Counted from the first letter of the stretch, positions 44,701 through 58,002 are shown. The stretch is 64,000 nucleotides of DNA from Octopus vulgaris (GCA_951406725.2 OX597819.1:104222001-104286000); one strand, 5' to 3'. Notes: generated by a model not told the origin, from the sequence alone. Made by a program: numbers and translations.

Positions 44701-45517
44701 TCCGCTCAGTCGAAGTCGACTCTCGGTTATTCGATGGATCAGTGTCCTCCAGCCAGTTCTATTCTGGATTGCTTCTTTCAGATTGGCTATGGCCATTCCC
44801 GTGTCACTCTTGATGGTGTCAAGCCAGCGGGTTCTTGGTCGGCCTCTTCCTCTCTCGCCACTGACCATTCCGAGTATGGTGTCCTTCTCCAGGGATTTTC
44901 TCCGCATAATATGACCAAAATATGTCAATCTATGCTTGGTGATCCTAGCTTGATCTGGTTATGAACTTCTCCATTGGTGAGCCTCGCTGTTCATGGAATC
45001 CGTAAAAGTCTTCTCCAACACCAAAGCTCGAATGCATTAATTCTCTTCTGGTCAGCTTCCTTTAGTGTCCAGGTCTCGCACCCATATGTTGCTATTGGGA
45101 AGACGATTGCATTCATCAATCTGCATTTGGTAGCGAGTCTGATGTCTCTACTCTTCCAGACCTTGCTCATGCTGACCATTGCCTCTCTGCTTAGTACTAT
45201 CCGCCGCCTTATTTCTGGAATGCAGTTACCATCTCGATTTATTTTGGAGCCCAGGAAGATGAAATCATCAACCACTTCGATCTCTTAATCTTGATGCTGA
45301 TGCTTGTTGTGGTTGCTGTTGACATGATCTTCGTTTCCTTGACATTGAGGTACAGCCCAAATTTCTCACTCTCTTTCTTCACTAGCAGAATAAGATCCTT
45401 ATTATTTTCTGCCTAGCGAAGGTTATTGATATTTCTTCCTCCAGTTCTCACTCCAATGCTGCTATCCTCCAAGCCTGCATTCCTCATGACCTTTTCAGCA
45501 TATATATTGAAGGCTGC
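44701..45517 (-). mobile_element. RTE (BovB-like) LINE, 5'-truncated
   Basis: VDDFIFLGSKIN...EIRRRI...VFPIATYGCETWTL...INAFELWCWRRLLRIP; YFGHIMRR...GRGRPRTRWLD...WRTLIHRITESRLRL. Confidence 0.93.
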
Positions 45518-45583
45518 TGGTGACAGGATATATATATCTTATTTATATTATTATTTAATTGAACACCATGCATCCATTTCCAA

Positions 45584-45626
<43 letters not shown>

Positions 45627-45838
45627 CAAGCCATCGGCTCCTTCAACAAGAATTTTTCAAGCAAATATTTACATGTTATCATTTATAGCTTTATATGTGT
45701 GCTCGAAAGAAAGACAATTGAAGGAATAGAATTATTCCATTTTATAAAAGTCTGTTTCAAGTTTTAAAAATTCTTATAACGTCTATACCTTCACATAGAC
45801 ACACACACAGTCACACACATGCATAACCACACCCACAA

Positions 45839-45870
<32 letters not shown>

Positions 45871-46065
45871 TCCTCACAAATCTATATTCTGGAGTTTTGC
45901 CTGTGCGTTTACATGGTCATCAGGGAAGTTATGCCACTATGAACGCACACGCGAATCTCCAGAGTTGTAAGAGACTGACTCAGCCAAAATAAAGGCACTA
46001 TTAATCTCTACAGTGTTATTGAGTACTCTTTCTCTGACGGTCAACAACAACAACACACACACACG

Positions 46066-46124
<59 letters not shown>

Positions 46125-46133
46125 GTATGTATG

Positions 46134-46183
<50 letters not shown>

Positions 46184-46185
<2 letters not shown>

Positions 46186-46326
46186 GTGAAATAGAAAGAT
46201 GAATAATCTTGTAGTAGATTAATCAAAAGTTTAACCGATACCTTGGTAGCAAAAATCACAGCAGTAAACAGCACGGTTGGAGGTACAACCATATGGTGTT
46301 GCAACCGTGCGTTGGTGCGGATTCAC

Positions 46327-46330
<4 letters not shown>
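46184..46330 (-). mobile_element. Solo tail of the 29801 element family between (TA)n arrays
   Basis: Minus aaccgtg...gtgatttttgctaccaaggtatcggttaa...gattattcat versus aaccgtg...gtgaatttgctacccaggtatcgattaa...gataattcat at 29989-30062. Confidence 0.7.
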
Positions 46331-46379
<49 letters not shown>

Positions 46380-46498
46380 CTATCCATTGGTGGCTGGAAC
46401 ACTAGCATAAATAAGTGGATTAGTGAATACACACACACAAAGAACATTAGTAAATAAATATATGCCAGTGTATTTGTGTGAGTAAGTGTTTGTGCTTG

Positions 46499-46553
<55 letters not shown>

Positions 46554-47031
46554 TATATTATATAATACATATATATATTTATATAATACATATATATATT
46601 TATATAATACATATATATATATAAATGTGTATTTGTGTATGTATATATATGTGTGTGTGTTTATATATATATATATAAATACATATACGTATATGCATAC
46701 ACGCACACACATAAATAAATGTACATAGAATTTTATATACTTTCACACAGAGGTAAGCTCAATCGAATATTCGTGATTGGGAAAGCAACATCATCAGCTG
46801 CAACATCAAACTCTGTCACTGAACAATCCAGGAATATTGTATTAGGAAATGTTTAAACGCTACAAATACACCATCTTAACTCTTCCTCACCCCCACCCCA
46901 AAAGCATTACAACTTTTGTCAGTGTTTTACTATGACGTTCTTTTTTGTTTTTCCTGCTGTCCTGTTTTGTTTTCTGTTTGTCTTTGCAATCACTGTTTAT
47001 TTTTTTTCCAGTGTTCTTTAATATCGCTTAC

Positions 47032-47046
47032 CTTGTATCTTTCTCA
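47032..47046 (-). other. Candidate 15-nt microexon
   Basis: Minus strand tttaac-agatttctattttctttgtttttag|TGAGAAAGATACAAG|gtaagc: branch-like site, pyrimidine tract, AG, frame-preserving length and a strong donor, in non-repetitive sequence. Confidence 0.4.
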
Positions 47047-47979
47047 CTAAAAACAAAGAAAATAGAAATCTGTTAAACAATGATGAATTTGATGCATCGA
47101 GCTTCATTTAAAGACAAAATGGCGAATGTCCCATCGGATTGCGATTATTCCATAAAATCCATTGAAATTTAAATACATTTAGATGTTATAACAGCTAGCT
47201 AGCTGCCACAATATCCTTTATGTTTGTTCGTTTTTTTTTAATGATTTTTTGCAGTTTGTACAGTGTCTTTGGTAATCTTCTTAGGCACCATTAAATATCA
47301 GAGCAGCAAAAACGACTTTGGTGGAATACGAAACGAATCGACAATCGGCTAGATTCTTACAACAATTACGGTCTACATCCTGATGTCGTTTCTCAAAAGT
47401 CTGTCATCTTTGGCTGTTAAATAGATTTTATACAGAAGCAATGGTGAAAGAGGTGAGAGAGGTGCTAGAAAGTAAGGAGGAAAACTAGTGAGAAGTATAA
47501 AGAAAGACGGGCCAGGAAAGGTGAAGGAGAAAAGAAGAGAGCGAGAGAGACAAAACAGAGGAAGAAAGGGAGACTAGTACGTTGAAAGAAAGAAAAGAAC
47601 TGTCAAACAGAAGTTTAGGGTGCGTAAACATAGAAACATACATGCATGCATGCATACATACATGCGTACATACATACATACATACACACACACACATACA
47701 ACATACATACATACATATATACATACATACATACATACATACATACATGCATACATAGGTACATACATATATTCATAGGTACATACATATATACATACAT
47801 ACATACATGCATAGATGTACTCATGAATACATGGATGTGTGTATATATATATATATATTCGCACATGCATACACACAGAACTTAATGCTCGTTTGCAGAG
47901 TAATATCTATCTATCTATCTATCTATATTTGCATATGTATATATGTGTATGTTTATGTATGTATGTTGTATGCAGGTAG

Positions 47980-48010
<31 letters not shown>

Positions 48011-48615
48011 ATATATATTTGTGTAATATATATAATATATAATATATGTACGTGTGTGTGTGTGTGTGTGTGTTTACTAAAGTTGTATACTTGCATTGTA
48101 GACTTCTGTTCTTCCACGTCTTTCAGTTATTGAATTCCAACCATCCAAGAGCACTGCCTTTAATTACGTATTAATTTGCTACTTATTTTATCGATACCGG
48201 ACATAACCAAAGAGTACCGTCACTAAGGAAAATATTCTATCACATTCGAAAATATATCCACCAAGCCATCATTATACCTGCATTAATTCCTACATCGTAG
48301 CACATTCCAAATATAACCCAATTATTGTTTTGCAGCATACACATTTAAATACACCGCATATAATGAGATCTCATCTAAAAGTTTTATATACCGTTTTTCG
48401 TCTCCTTTTTTATAGACAAATGTCCGTTAAAATGTATCCTTTTATAATTAGAATAAACTTGCTATAATTTATAATTCATCTATTATAGAATACATCTACT
48501 ACAAGTTATAATATATCTGATATAGCTTGAAGCATCTACATTTTTCAGACTGTAACCAGTTTGTTTATAAACTATTTAATTACAGAAAAAAAAGAAGAAA
48601 AAAGTTTACAAAAGG

Positions 48616-48785
48616 ACAGGTTTGGTTGTGTGGTAAGAAGTTCACTTTGCAAGCACGCAGATTCGGGATCAATTCTGCTGCGCGGCACTGTGGGCAAATG
48701 TCTTCTAATTTCTGTAATAGCCTCTGGTCCAATAATGTCTAATAAGTGAATTTGGTTGATGCAAACTGTGTGGAAAGCCGTCGTA
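48616..48785 (+). mobile_element. Family C SINE 5' part, degenerate
   Basis: tggttgtgtggtaagaagttcact...ctgcgcggcactgtgggcaaatgtcttcta...tttggttgatgcaaactg...gccgtcgtatg. Confidence 0.75.
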
Positions 48786-48885
48786 TGTATGTATGTATGT
48801 ATGTATGTATGTATGTATGTATGTATGTATGTATGTATGTATGTATGTTTGTTTGTTTGTATGAATACGTGTGTGTGCGTATGTC

Positions 48886-49150
48886 TGTCCTAGTGGTTAC
48901 GGTGTTGCACTCACCAGCGTGAGTTTTTGTTTCAATTACTGGACCGTGTGGTGCGTTTTGTTCTTGAGCAAAACATTATATCTCTCGCAGCGCTGCGATC
49001 ACTCTGCCATCTGACGTGTGATACACTGTGCACTTGTTCAGTCAACATCGATTTGATGGAGTGGGTGAGCTAATGTACGGTACAAACATTTAATCGCTAT
49101 AAACAAATCGTTTGTGCACATCGTTCGGCAAGAACTGCATATCTCAGAAG
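48886..49150 (+). mobile_element. Degenerate tRNA-derived SINE (a related fragment probably lies at about 1110-1240 on the minus strand)
   Basis: gtcctagtggtta.ggtgttgcactca...gtttcaatt.ctggacc...gttcttgagcaa.acatt. Confidence 0.55.
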
Positions 49151-49172
49151 CGAGAGACTACCACAATATATA

Positions 49173-49388
49173 CGGGTGGCTGCTGAAATGTTTCTGGCTT
49201 TGGGTAAAAGATAATACAGGAGGAAAAATTAGTTATGATCATATTCAAATTATTACCCTCTCAGATTCACGAACTTATTGCAGTATTCATTCAGTTTTTG
49301 TAAGCCCTGAGAAAGAACTCGGAAGGTTGGGCCTCCGAATCCGCTCTTCGCGATACCTTAAAACCAGGAAGTTTTGAGCACCCCCTCG
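49173..49388. mobile_element. Mariner-derived MITE
   Basis: Imperfect TIRs cgggtggctgctgaaatgtttctggcttt / aaaaccaggaagttttgagcaccccctcg, with TA on both sides. Confidence 0.75.
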
Positions 49389-49735
49389 TATATATATAAA
49401 TGTATGAATATGTATATATATATATACATATATGTACTCGCAGACAGAGACACACACACGCATACACACGCGCATCGCATATATGTATGGGGGAATATGA
49501 CGAATGTAGATGTATTACGAACGATTTATAGATCGTTGATAACACATCTCCATACTTTATGATTTCTATAATATACTTGTGATAATACACCGAATTTATG
49601 TAGTGTTCAATAAGTGAATTGTTTTAGTAAATGTTGTAGCAAGCCAGGTTCGAATTTTATTGAGTGCCTGGACACACACACATCTATAAATATACACACA
49701 TGTGTGTATGTATGTACATGTATGTGTGTGAGTGT

Positions 49736-49767
<32 letters not shown>

Positions 49768-49769
49768 AT

Positions 49770-49960
49770 AAATGAAATTTATTCAAAAATAAAAGACGAA
49801 GACAGGTATTTGAACAACAAACAGGTGTCTTAGTTGGACGCTTGGGAGAATGAAAAATGAAAAAGTCTTTTACGTTTCGATCCTACGCTCTTTAACAGAA
49901 AGGAATAAGAGATAAAAATCAGAGAAGGAATTTAAAAAACACTGTAGATTTAGCGGTCAA

Positions 49961-49962
<2 letters not shown>
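49770..49962 (-). mobile_element. Short element between microsatellites with a degenerate minimal HHR (49867-49902)
   Basis: Minus CUUU-CUGUUAA-A-GAGC-GUAG-GAUC-GAAAC-GUA-AAAG; the downstream agcgtccaa motif is shared with the 52251 element. Confidence 0.65.
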
Positions 49963-50020
<58 letters not shown>

Positions 50021-50362
50021 TAGTTGTCGGATTCAATAGAATCTAGGTGCATCTACATAGGACGCCAGAAATGGCTAAATAAAATAACATGAAGTTCACA
50101 GTGAGGTAAAAAAAATGAAGGTATGTTAGTATCAAATAAAAATTAAGCCGTAGAATCCGATTCTGGTTCCAGATGTGGCGTAGGTACAAAATGAGAACAC
50201 AAATGTGTTCTCTTTCTCTCTCTCTCTCCCCCCTCTGTCTATCTGTCTGTCTGTCTCTCTCTCTCTCTTTCTCTCTCTCTCTAAATGTATATATATATAT
50301 AATATATATATATACACACATATATCTATTTATACGTTTACATACATACATACATACATATG

Positions 50363-50419
<57 letters not shown>

Positions 50420-50436
50420 AAATGCATACATTTTTT

Positions 50437-51300
50437 CGAGGTCTGATCAATAAGTATCCGGACTGTTGTTATAGTAACGAAGCTAAATAAAGCACGCAGA
50501 GTAAAGCCGCTTTACAAAGATTGACCTCAAACTCTGCTGTGCATGCGCACTAGGTTTTAACGTTCTAGCTCACTCCTACAGATTACAGTAGTGCTTGGAA
50601 GGAAGATGTGTAGCGTTTGATCGTAGCATTGATCTTGAGAGAAAAAGTTGTCATGGCGATATCTGCTCAGAGACCAGCGCAGAGTTACAGAAAGTGTATA
50701 GATAGCAATGTATGAGCCGCACTCAAGTGTACGGTTCAGACGTTTCCAAAATGGCCGAAAAATGTCGGTATTGACGAACGTTCAGAGAGACCAGTAGCCA
50801 GCAGAACTGAGAAAAACATCGCAGATGTGCGTGCAACTGTGAGGGGAAACCGTCGAATCATCGTCAGTGAGTTATCAGAGGATGTGAAAATTGGTTATGA
50901 TTCAGTTCTGTCCATTATCACTGACGATTTGGGTATGAGACGCGTGTCTGCCAAGTTTGTGTCAAAACTGCTTTCAGTTGACTACAAACGCACTGGGGTT
51001 TCAGTTGCACAAGATCTCCTTGATTGTGTCGAGAACGATGACACTTTTTGAAAACATTGCGTCGGCCTCTGAGCAGGTATCGCCAACCTACTAGAATAAA
51101 TTGATGCAAATTCTTTGCTCAACTTTCTCTGTCATGATCAATGCGAAGATCTTACGCTACGCACCTTCCTTTCAAGCACTGCTGTAAACAGCATAAGTGA
51201 GCTAGAACGTTAAACATTTGTACGCGTGCACAGCAGAGTTTTAGGTGAATCTGTGTCAAGCAGCCTTACTCTGCATGCTTTAGCTTCGTCACTATGACAC
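50437..51300 (+). mobile_element. Internally deleted mariner transposon with long (~185-bp) inverted ends
   Basis: Terminus cgaggtctgatcaataagtatccggac; peptide VRGNRRIIVSELSEDVKIGYDSVLSIITDDLGMRRVSAKFVSKLL; 50465-50650 inverted to 51120-51300. Confidence 0.88.
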
Positions 51301-51340
51301 TATATATATATGAAAAATTCAATCGTCACTAAATGTGGTC

Positions 51341-52228
51341 ATGGGTGCGGTGAATAGACTGTCGTCTAAATTATGCAAAAATGAATATAACACTGATATC
51401 TCATTGGAACAGGTATATTGATTAAAATTGCATAAAAGTATTCTGAAATACTAAAGAGTAAATTTGTTCAATAAAATCGCCATTGGCTTCATCCACGACC
51501 TCCAGAAGGCTTCGGAAACTCCTGCAATTCTTCTGGACAGTCTCCTTGTTTAAGTTAAGGAATGCTTCCATAGTCCTTACCTTCAGTTCATCTTTGGTGT
51601 TAGTAGAAGTTTTGTTGGTCTCTCGCTCAACTACGCCCCACACATAATAATTAAGGGGGTTGCAGTGTGGGGAGTTAGGTGGCCAGATGCTAGAGGTGAT
51701 GTGATCGCAGGAATTGTCTGACAGCCATGACTGGGTTCTCTTGCTTGTGTGGCATGGTGCAGAGTGCTGTTGCCAGATCTAGGGTCTTCCAGCAGCCACC
51801 CTCTTGACCCAGGGTAGCACTACCTTCTCCAGGCACTTGATGTAAGCCTTCGAATTGAGTCTGAGGCCGCGTGGGAAAATGAATGGAAGCATAACGTTAT
51901 CATCACTAGTGATTACGCCAAACACCATGATGTTGACTGCTTGTTTGAGTTTTATCAAATCTCAGTACGTGCCCAGAGCTTGCACTGTCCTCAGATTGAT
52001 ACCCAAACACTCAGAAAGGTTCATATTGGAGCTTCCAGTGCGAATGCCAAGGGGTACGGCATCTTGTTTCCAAATTTCAGAGAGTGAATTGCGTCATAAT
52101 GCTGTTTTTCTCACAGACAGTGCCCAACTGACCCTACTATACTGTGTCGTCGACAAAATCAGAAACAATGATTGCGCATGCGCAAAATAAAAAATATAAA
52201 GTTGTGACAATTTATCCATCGCAACCCT
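51341..52228 (-). mobile_element. Tc1/mariner superfamily (maT/DD37D-like) transposon, deleted and decayed
   Basis: WQQHSAPCHTS, WPPNSPHCNPLNYYVWGVVERETN...CRSFRSLLEVVDEANGDFIE; imperfect TIRs gggtgcggtgaatagactgtc / gacaatttatccatcgcaaccc. Confidence 0.82.
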
Positions 52229-52250
52229 ATATATATATATATATATATAT

Positions 52251-52510
52251 CACTCTCCTGTCTTTGAAAGAACTTTTCTTCACCCATTTCCTTCCGGTCA
52301 TTCAAAATGTGACCGCGTGTGTACCGTTAGCGATTTTTTTCCCTCTGTCTTCCCTTCTCTGGATCTTTCCTTCTCCTATGTTTCTGACGAAGAGCTCACT
52401 CGAAACGTTAAACCCTCCTTCTTTCCCTCTTTCCTGAGCGTCCAATAATACTATATTTGTTCCACGCCCTCGCGTTGTTGTGTTTTTTGTGCTTTCTTGT
52501 TTGGATTAAC
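52251..52510 (+). mobile_element. Short element flanked on both sides by (TA)n, carrying a complete minimal HHR
   Basis: 260-bp pyrimidine-rich non-coding unit between TA arrays. Confidence 0.75.
52380..52413 (+). ncRNA. Complete minimal type I hammerhead ribozyme (34 nt)
   Basis: GUUU-CUGACGA-A-GAG-CUCA-CUC-GAAAC-GUU-AAAC: stems I and II perfect, palindromic AACGUU stem III. Confidence 0.8.
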
Positions 52511-52520
52511 TATATATATA

Positions 52521-52588
<68 letters not shown>

Positions 52589-52750
52589 GAGTAAACACAT
52601 AAATGTGAAACAAGGTGGAAAAAGAGTACTCAAATACCAGTGGTAGAGTGATATGCTTTATTTAAAGCAGCAGAAAATTCAACAAAACCTGTTACTCTTA
52701 CCAAGTATTCACCCTAAATTTGCAATACCTACTATATATATATATATATA

Positions 52751-52920
52751 CGGCGGGCTTCTTTCAGTTTCTGTGTAATCAATTCACTGAAAAGGTATTA
52801 CTCACAAGGCATCGGTCGGCCCGGGGCTATTGTTAAAGACACTTTTCTATGGTGCCTCTTTGTGGGATTGAACTCGAGACAATATGGTTGTGAAGCAAGC
52901 TTCTTAACCACATAGCCATA
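52751..52920 (-). mobile_element. Family C SINE 5' part
   Basis: cggcgggcttctttcagtttc...ggtcggcccggggctat...aagcaagcttcttaaccacatagccat. Confidence 0.8.
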
Positions 52921-53585
52921 TCTTATTCATTTAATAAATTCATGTATTATTTTAGAATCCGTATCTTTTCAAGTGACCTCTAAAGATGAAGCACTAATTT
53001 TGCAGGATATGGTGTTCATATTATTATTCAAATACCCTATTCTTCTCATTCATATTGTTGAATCCTTAAATTGTTTAACCTGATATGATACCAAGTGTTT
53101 TTCTTTGCCATTCATAACTAAAATCTAATCTGTTATAACTTAATCATTTGCCAAGTTAATCTTTGTGTAATTAACATCATCCGTCTTAAAACAATAACAG
53201 AAGCTAATCAATTTTTAGCATTTCTTTCTTTTAATAATATTGTATTCTTTCTTTGCGCACATCCCCAGCATGCTCGCATATATATATATATGCACAAATA
53301 TAATACATAAACACATACATACACGCATATAGAAAGACATATATACATACACATAACCGCTCTCTCTTTCATATCTCTCTGCATATATATATACATATAC
53401 ATATATATATATATATATAAATGTGTGCGCGCATGTATTTGCGCGTGTTTGTGTGTGTGTATTGTATGTGTGCGTATATGTATGTATATATATATACTAT
53501 ATGTGTGTGTATGTATGTGTGTATGTGTATATATATACGTATATATGCATATCTATATTTAATTGATATCTGTCTGTATCTCCCA

Positions 53586-53624
<39 letters not shown>

Positions 53625-53934
53625 CACACACATATACATATATATATGTACATATGTTAAGTATGCATTTATATATACATACATGCGTCTATTTATACCC
53701 ATATATAAACATACACACACACGCACACACACACACACACACAAATGCGCATACTCATCCGAGGTATTCTAAAATCTCATTGATAGAATAATCCCCCCGT
53801 AAATTATTTACCTATTATCATTAACAAGCCTAAATTAATTGTTAAAGAACCTTCAGAAGCCAATAAAACAATAACCTAATTGTATTATTATTATCATCAT
53901 CATCATCATTATTATTATTATCATTATTATTACA

Positions 53935-54006
<72 letters not shown>

Positions 54007-55362
54007 CACTTACATAATTTATTCCTATTTAATTGACACTTTCCCACTGTTTTATATCGAATGTCGAGCAACTATCTCCCTGTTCATTTGGGGTTTCTGG
54101 AAACCAACACAGAAGACACAGCTTTCTATTAAATACTGTTTTCCTATTGGATGAGTGATGTTAGAAGAGGAGAAAACGGACTCTTCTTCAAAACGAAGAA
54201 CTGATTGGAATGATTTCTCGAAACATATCAAACTTTGCTAAAGCCATCCATGTGGAGCTAGAATTTAGACTTCTATAAGTTTAAAGCGAGAGCTGTCCTA
54301 CTATCGATCTTCAGTACAATTTCTCTCTTCGAAATTTCGCTTAGAAGAATTTAGTCGACCTCAGACTATGCTAGTTGACTCTTTTCCAGAGTGTTACTCG
54401 ATAGAATTGAAACTGGAAGCTCGTTGGGGCGAGCCAACGTCTTAAACATACATCTGTACATACACTCTTCATCAATGTTTGTGCCTCTGTGTTTGTGTGT
54501 GTATATATATATATGTGAAGTTATGTGTGTCTGGGTACCTATCTGTATGTGTGCACCACCACCACCATTAGCATCACCACCACCACCACTGCCGCCGCCG
54601 CCGCCAGCATCAACAGCTACAACAATACCATTACCACCACGCCAACAAAAATAACTAAACCACTACCTCCACGACCACTAGCACTGCATCCACCAATACC
54701 ACTGCCGCCGAAGCCACCACCACCACCACCTCAGCTGCGGTCGCTAATGTCTCCACCAAAGCCAAGTAAAATATCGAAACACATTGGCCACCTTTTCACA
54801 TCACCCTCCATATCGCCGCATCTCCACCCCCACCCCACCTAATTTTTACGCGCCATTTCGCCGGTCCGACACAAGAGAGATAATCGATGTTTACTTTTGC
54901 CTTGTTTTCCCGCCATTTCACTTGATGAGAATAAAAAGAATTTTTGATGTAATTAAACAAATATAAAATCAGAGAAATTATATCTGATTGGATAATTGAT
55001 CGATTTTGGTATGGTGCTCTTGTGGTGGTGGTGCTGGTGCTGGTGCTGGTGCTGGTGCTGGTGCTGGTTGGGTGGTGGCAGTGTAGTCGTCGGTGGTGGC
55101 GTTAGTGCTGGTGATGGTGGAAATAGTGTTGCTAGCACTATTGATGTTGGTGGCGATGTCGGTGTTAGTGGACCCTGCTTATGTTGTTAGTGTTGTTGGA
55201 GTTGTTGTTGATATTGGTGTTGTGATGTTGTTGATGTTGATGCTGATGGTGATAGTGTTGGTGCTGCTGTTCTTTTGGTGGTGGTGGTGGTGGGATCGGT
55301 TGTGTTTGGTGGTGGTATAGTTTGTAATGTTTTTGCTGGTGTTGTTTGTTTGTTTGTTTGTT

Positions 55363-55723
55363 GAGCGAAGCGGTCTTCGTCCCAGTGGGAGAAGTCCGAA
55401 ACGTGGTCCTTTGCTATTCGTAAGACCCGCAGAAGAGAAAACAGGTCAACCGCCGACACCGAGAGCATCGACGGATAGATGAATGCGCATCCAGGCTCAG
55501 CGGTTGCGTAGGAAGTCGGGGACAAGAAACAGGAAGAAAGAGTAAGAGAAAGTTGGAGCGAAAGAGTACAACAGGGGTCGCCACCACCACCCCTCTGCCG
55601 GAGTCTCGTAGAGCTTTAGGTGTTTTCGCTCAATAAACACACACAACGCCTGGTCTGGGAATTGAAACCGCGATCCTCCGGCCGCGAGTCTGCTACCCTA
55701 ACCACTGGGCCATTGCGCCTCCA
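55363..55723 (-). mobile_element. Family B SINE, tail type 2, ending in (CAAA)n
   Basis: Head and body match 14590-14768; the region 55363-55525 is unrelated to tail type 1. Confidence 0.88.
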
Positions 55724-55959
55724 CTGCTGGTGCTGTTGATGATGATGGAGTTTGTGTTGCTGCTGCTACTGTTGGTGTTAATGATGATGAAGCTGACGGT
55801 ATCATGGTGATTGTATGGACGGTGGTGCTGGTGCTGCCAGTGTTTGTGTTGTTGAAGTTGTTGGTTAGCCACAGGTCAAGCTTGATCCAGCAGACCTATA
55901 ATGAAAGGTAATCCAACCATGGTCATCCTGTATATTTCTCATCGCTCTGTACACGCAGC

Positions 55960-56130
55960 AATAGCTATGTGGTTAAGAAGCTCGCATTGCGAATATGTTG
56001 TGTCTCGGTTTTAGTCACACTGTGCGAAACCTTAACAATGAGCACTAGAGTCAATTTGTTTAATTAAACCATTTCAGTTAATGCCCCAGCATGGCCATAG
56101 TCAAATGACTGAAACAATTAAAAGACAAAA
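55960..56130 (+). mobile_element. Family C SINE, internally deleted, nested in an older repeat (about 55865-56260)
   Basis: gctatgtggttaagaagctcgc...tgccccagcatggcca.agtcaaatgactgaaacaa.taaaaga. Confidence 0.7.
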
Positions 56131-56871
56131 TATATTCTGGGGATCCAGGACCACAGTATCCAGCGTGTTCTTTTATAAGACAGTAGGTAATGAACTGAGG
56201 GCAATTTGGCGGCTATATCAAGCAGATCGAGTGACCACGCACAGGTTCCCTCGTTAGATCATGTATTATTGTTGGTGATGGCGGCGTTGATGGTGGTCGT
56301 GGTGATGGCGGTGATGTCTGTAGCGATAGTGGTGTTGTTGGTGTTTGCTGCCGCTTAGCCTTCCGTCAGCATTTTTTCTGTCGTGGTTTGGTCCCAGATC
56401 AATTCTGATCATTGAAATCTACGATCGAATAAATTCCATTCGTGGCTATCACATCTTACATCTAAATATACGCCATTCCATGCGCCCGTTTTCCTAAGAC
56501 CTTACAATGTAATTTGAAAGAAATTTTTTTTTTTTATATTTTTAACAGGTCACGAGAAACCTATTTCTTTTGTAGGCCGTTCTTTACCACTATTTATGTT
56601 AGTTTTATTGTTGATATTGTTGCTGTAGTCATTGGTATTGCTGTCATCATATTTATTTAGCCGTGGGTCAGCCATGATCAAGATCTCGAACTATGACAGG
56701 TAGGTAGTCAGTCGCATAAATGACGTGCTATCAAAAGACCCAGGGTTGTAGATGTTCAGTGCCTTAACATATACATACATATATAATATATACATAATAT
56801 ATATAAAGAACACACATACATACACACACACACACATACACACACACACACACATACACACACACACACAT

Positions 56872-56902
<31 letters not shown>

Positions 56903-57167
56903 CAGAGAGAGGAGAGGAGGGATAGATTGACAGATACATAAACAGAAGAGTAGAGAGATAGACAGAGACAAACAATAATCACAGTAAAATAGGAAAATAT
57001 ATGGCTTCCATGACCAAAGAGCGGAAAAATTGGTGTTGTGACAGAGAATCTTTACCTCCGTACTCGCACGCGTGTGCACACACGTACGCGCACGTTCACA
57101 CACACAAACACACACACACATACACACTCATTCGTGTATATACGTGTGAGTTTGTGTGTGTTGTTGA

Positions 57168-57218
<51 letters not shown>

Positions 57219-57231
57219 TACATATGTATAC

Positions 57232-57309
57232 ATGTCTATCTATATGTGAATGTTTATGTATTACATTTCCGGAGATGTAATACATAAACATACACATATA
57301 GATAGACAT
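57232..57309. repeat. 78-bp spacerless palindrome inside (TA)n
   Basis: atgtctatctatatgtgaatgtttatgtattacatttcc|ggagatgtaatacataaacatacacatatagatagacat, two mismatches. Confidence 0.88.
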
Positions 57310-57315
57310 ATATAC

Positions 57316-57421
<106 letters not shown>

Positions 57422-58002
57422 CACAGTATGTATATATGTATGCGTACATACAGAGAAAGAGTGAGAGAAGGAGAGCGTGAAGGGGAGTCTAAGAGATGGA
57501 TTGCGAGAAAGTAGATTTATCGAAGTAAACAGTATAAGATATTTTATGAGGTAATTTGCATAATTAAAAACCAAGTTTTGCGTCTGTTATGGAAACATAC
57601 AAACTCACCTGTTTACATATACATAGCCCACATATATACAAACACATACATAGTCACGCACATACATACATTCATACATACACATATATACTTTAACTTT
57701 TTAAGAAGAGAAGAGTGGGTAGGATGTTTAAGATCTGTGCAGACAGACTTTTAGAGTTGGATGGTATCATTTAAACATCATCTCCTAAATAATACCTTAT
57801 CCAAGTGTTCAAATCTGAAGATGTCCGATAGTGAACTCCTCGGAATGTACTGGATATTCGGCGAATTTCCACGGGACTTCAGACCTGGGAGAGAAACACT
57901 GGATAGTTATACTTGGGTAGATTTATGCCGTAAACCTGTGGATGATGTTAATATTTACAGAAAGGATAAGGTGGCTATCTGATAGAATCTTTAGTACGCG
58001 GG

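Noticed and set aside
54197-54235. HHR-like CUGAUUG...GAAACAUAU (also CUGAAGA + hairpin at 57815)
   Set aside because: No NUH triplet or stem I closure at 54197; no GAAA after the hairpin at 57815.
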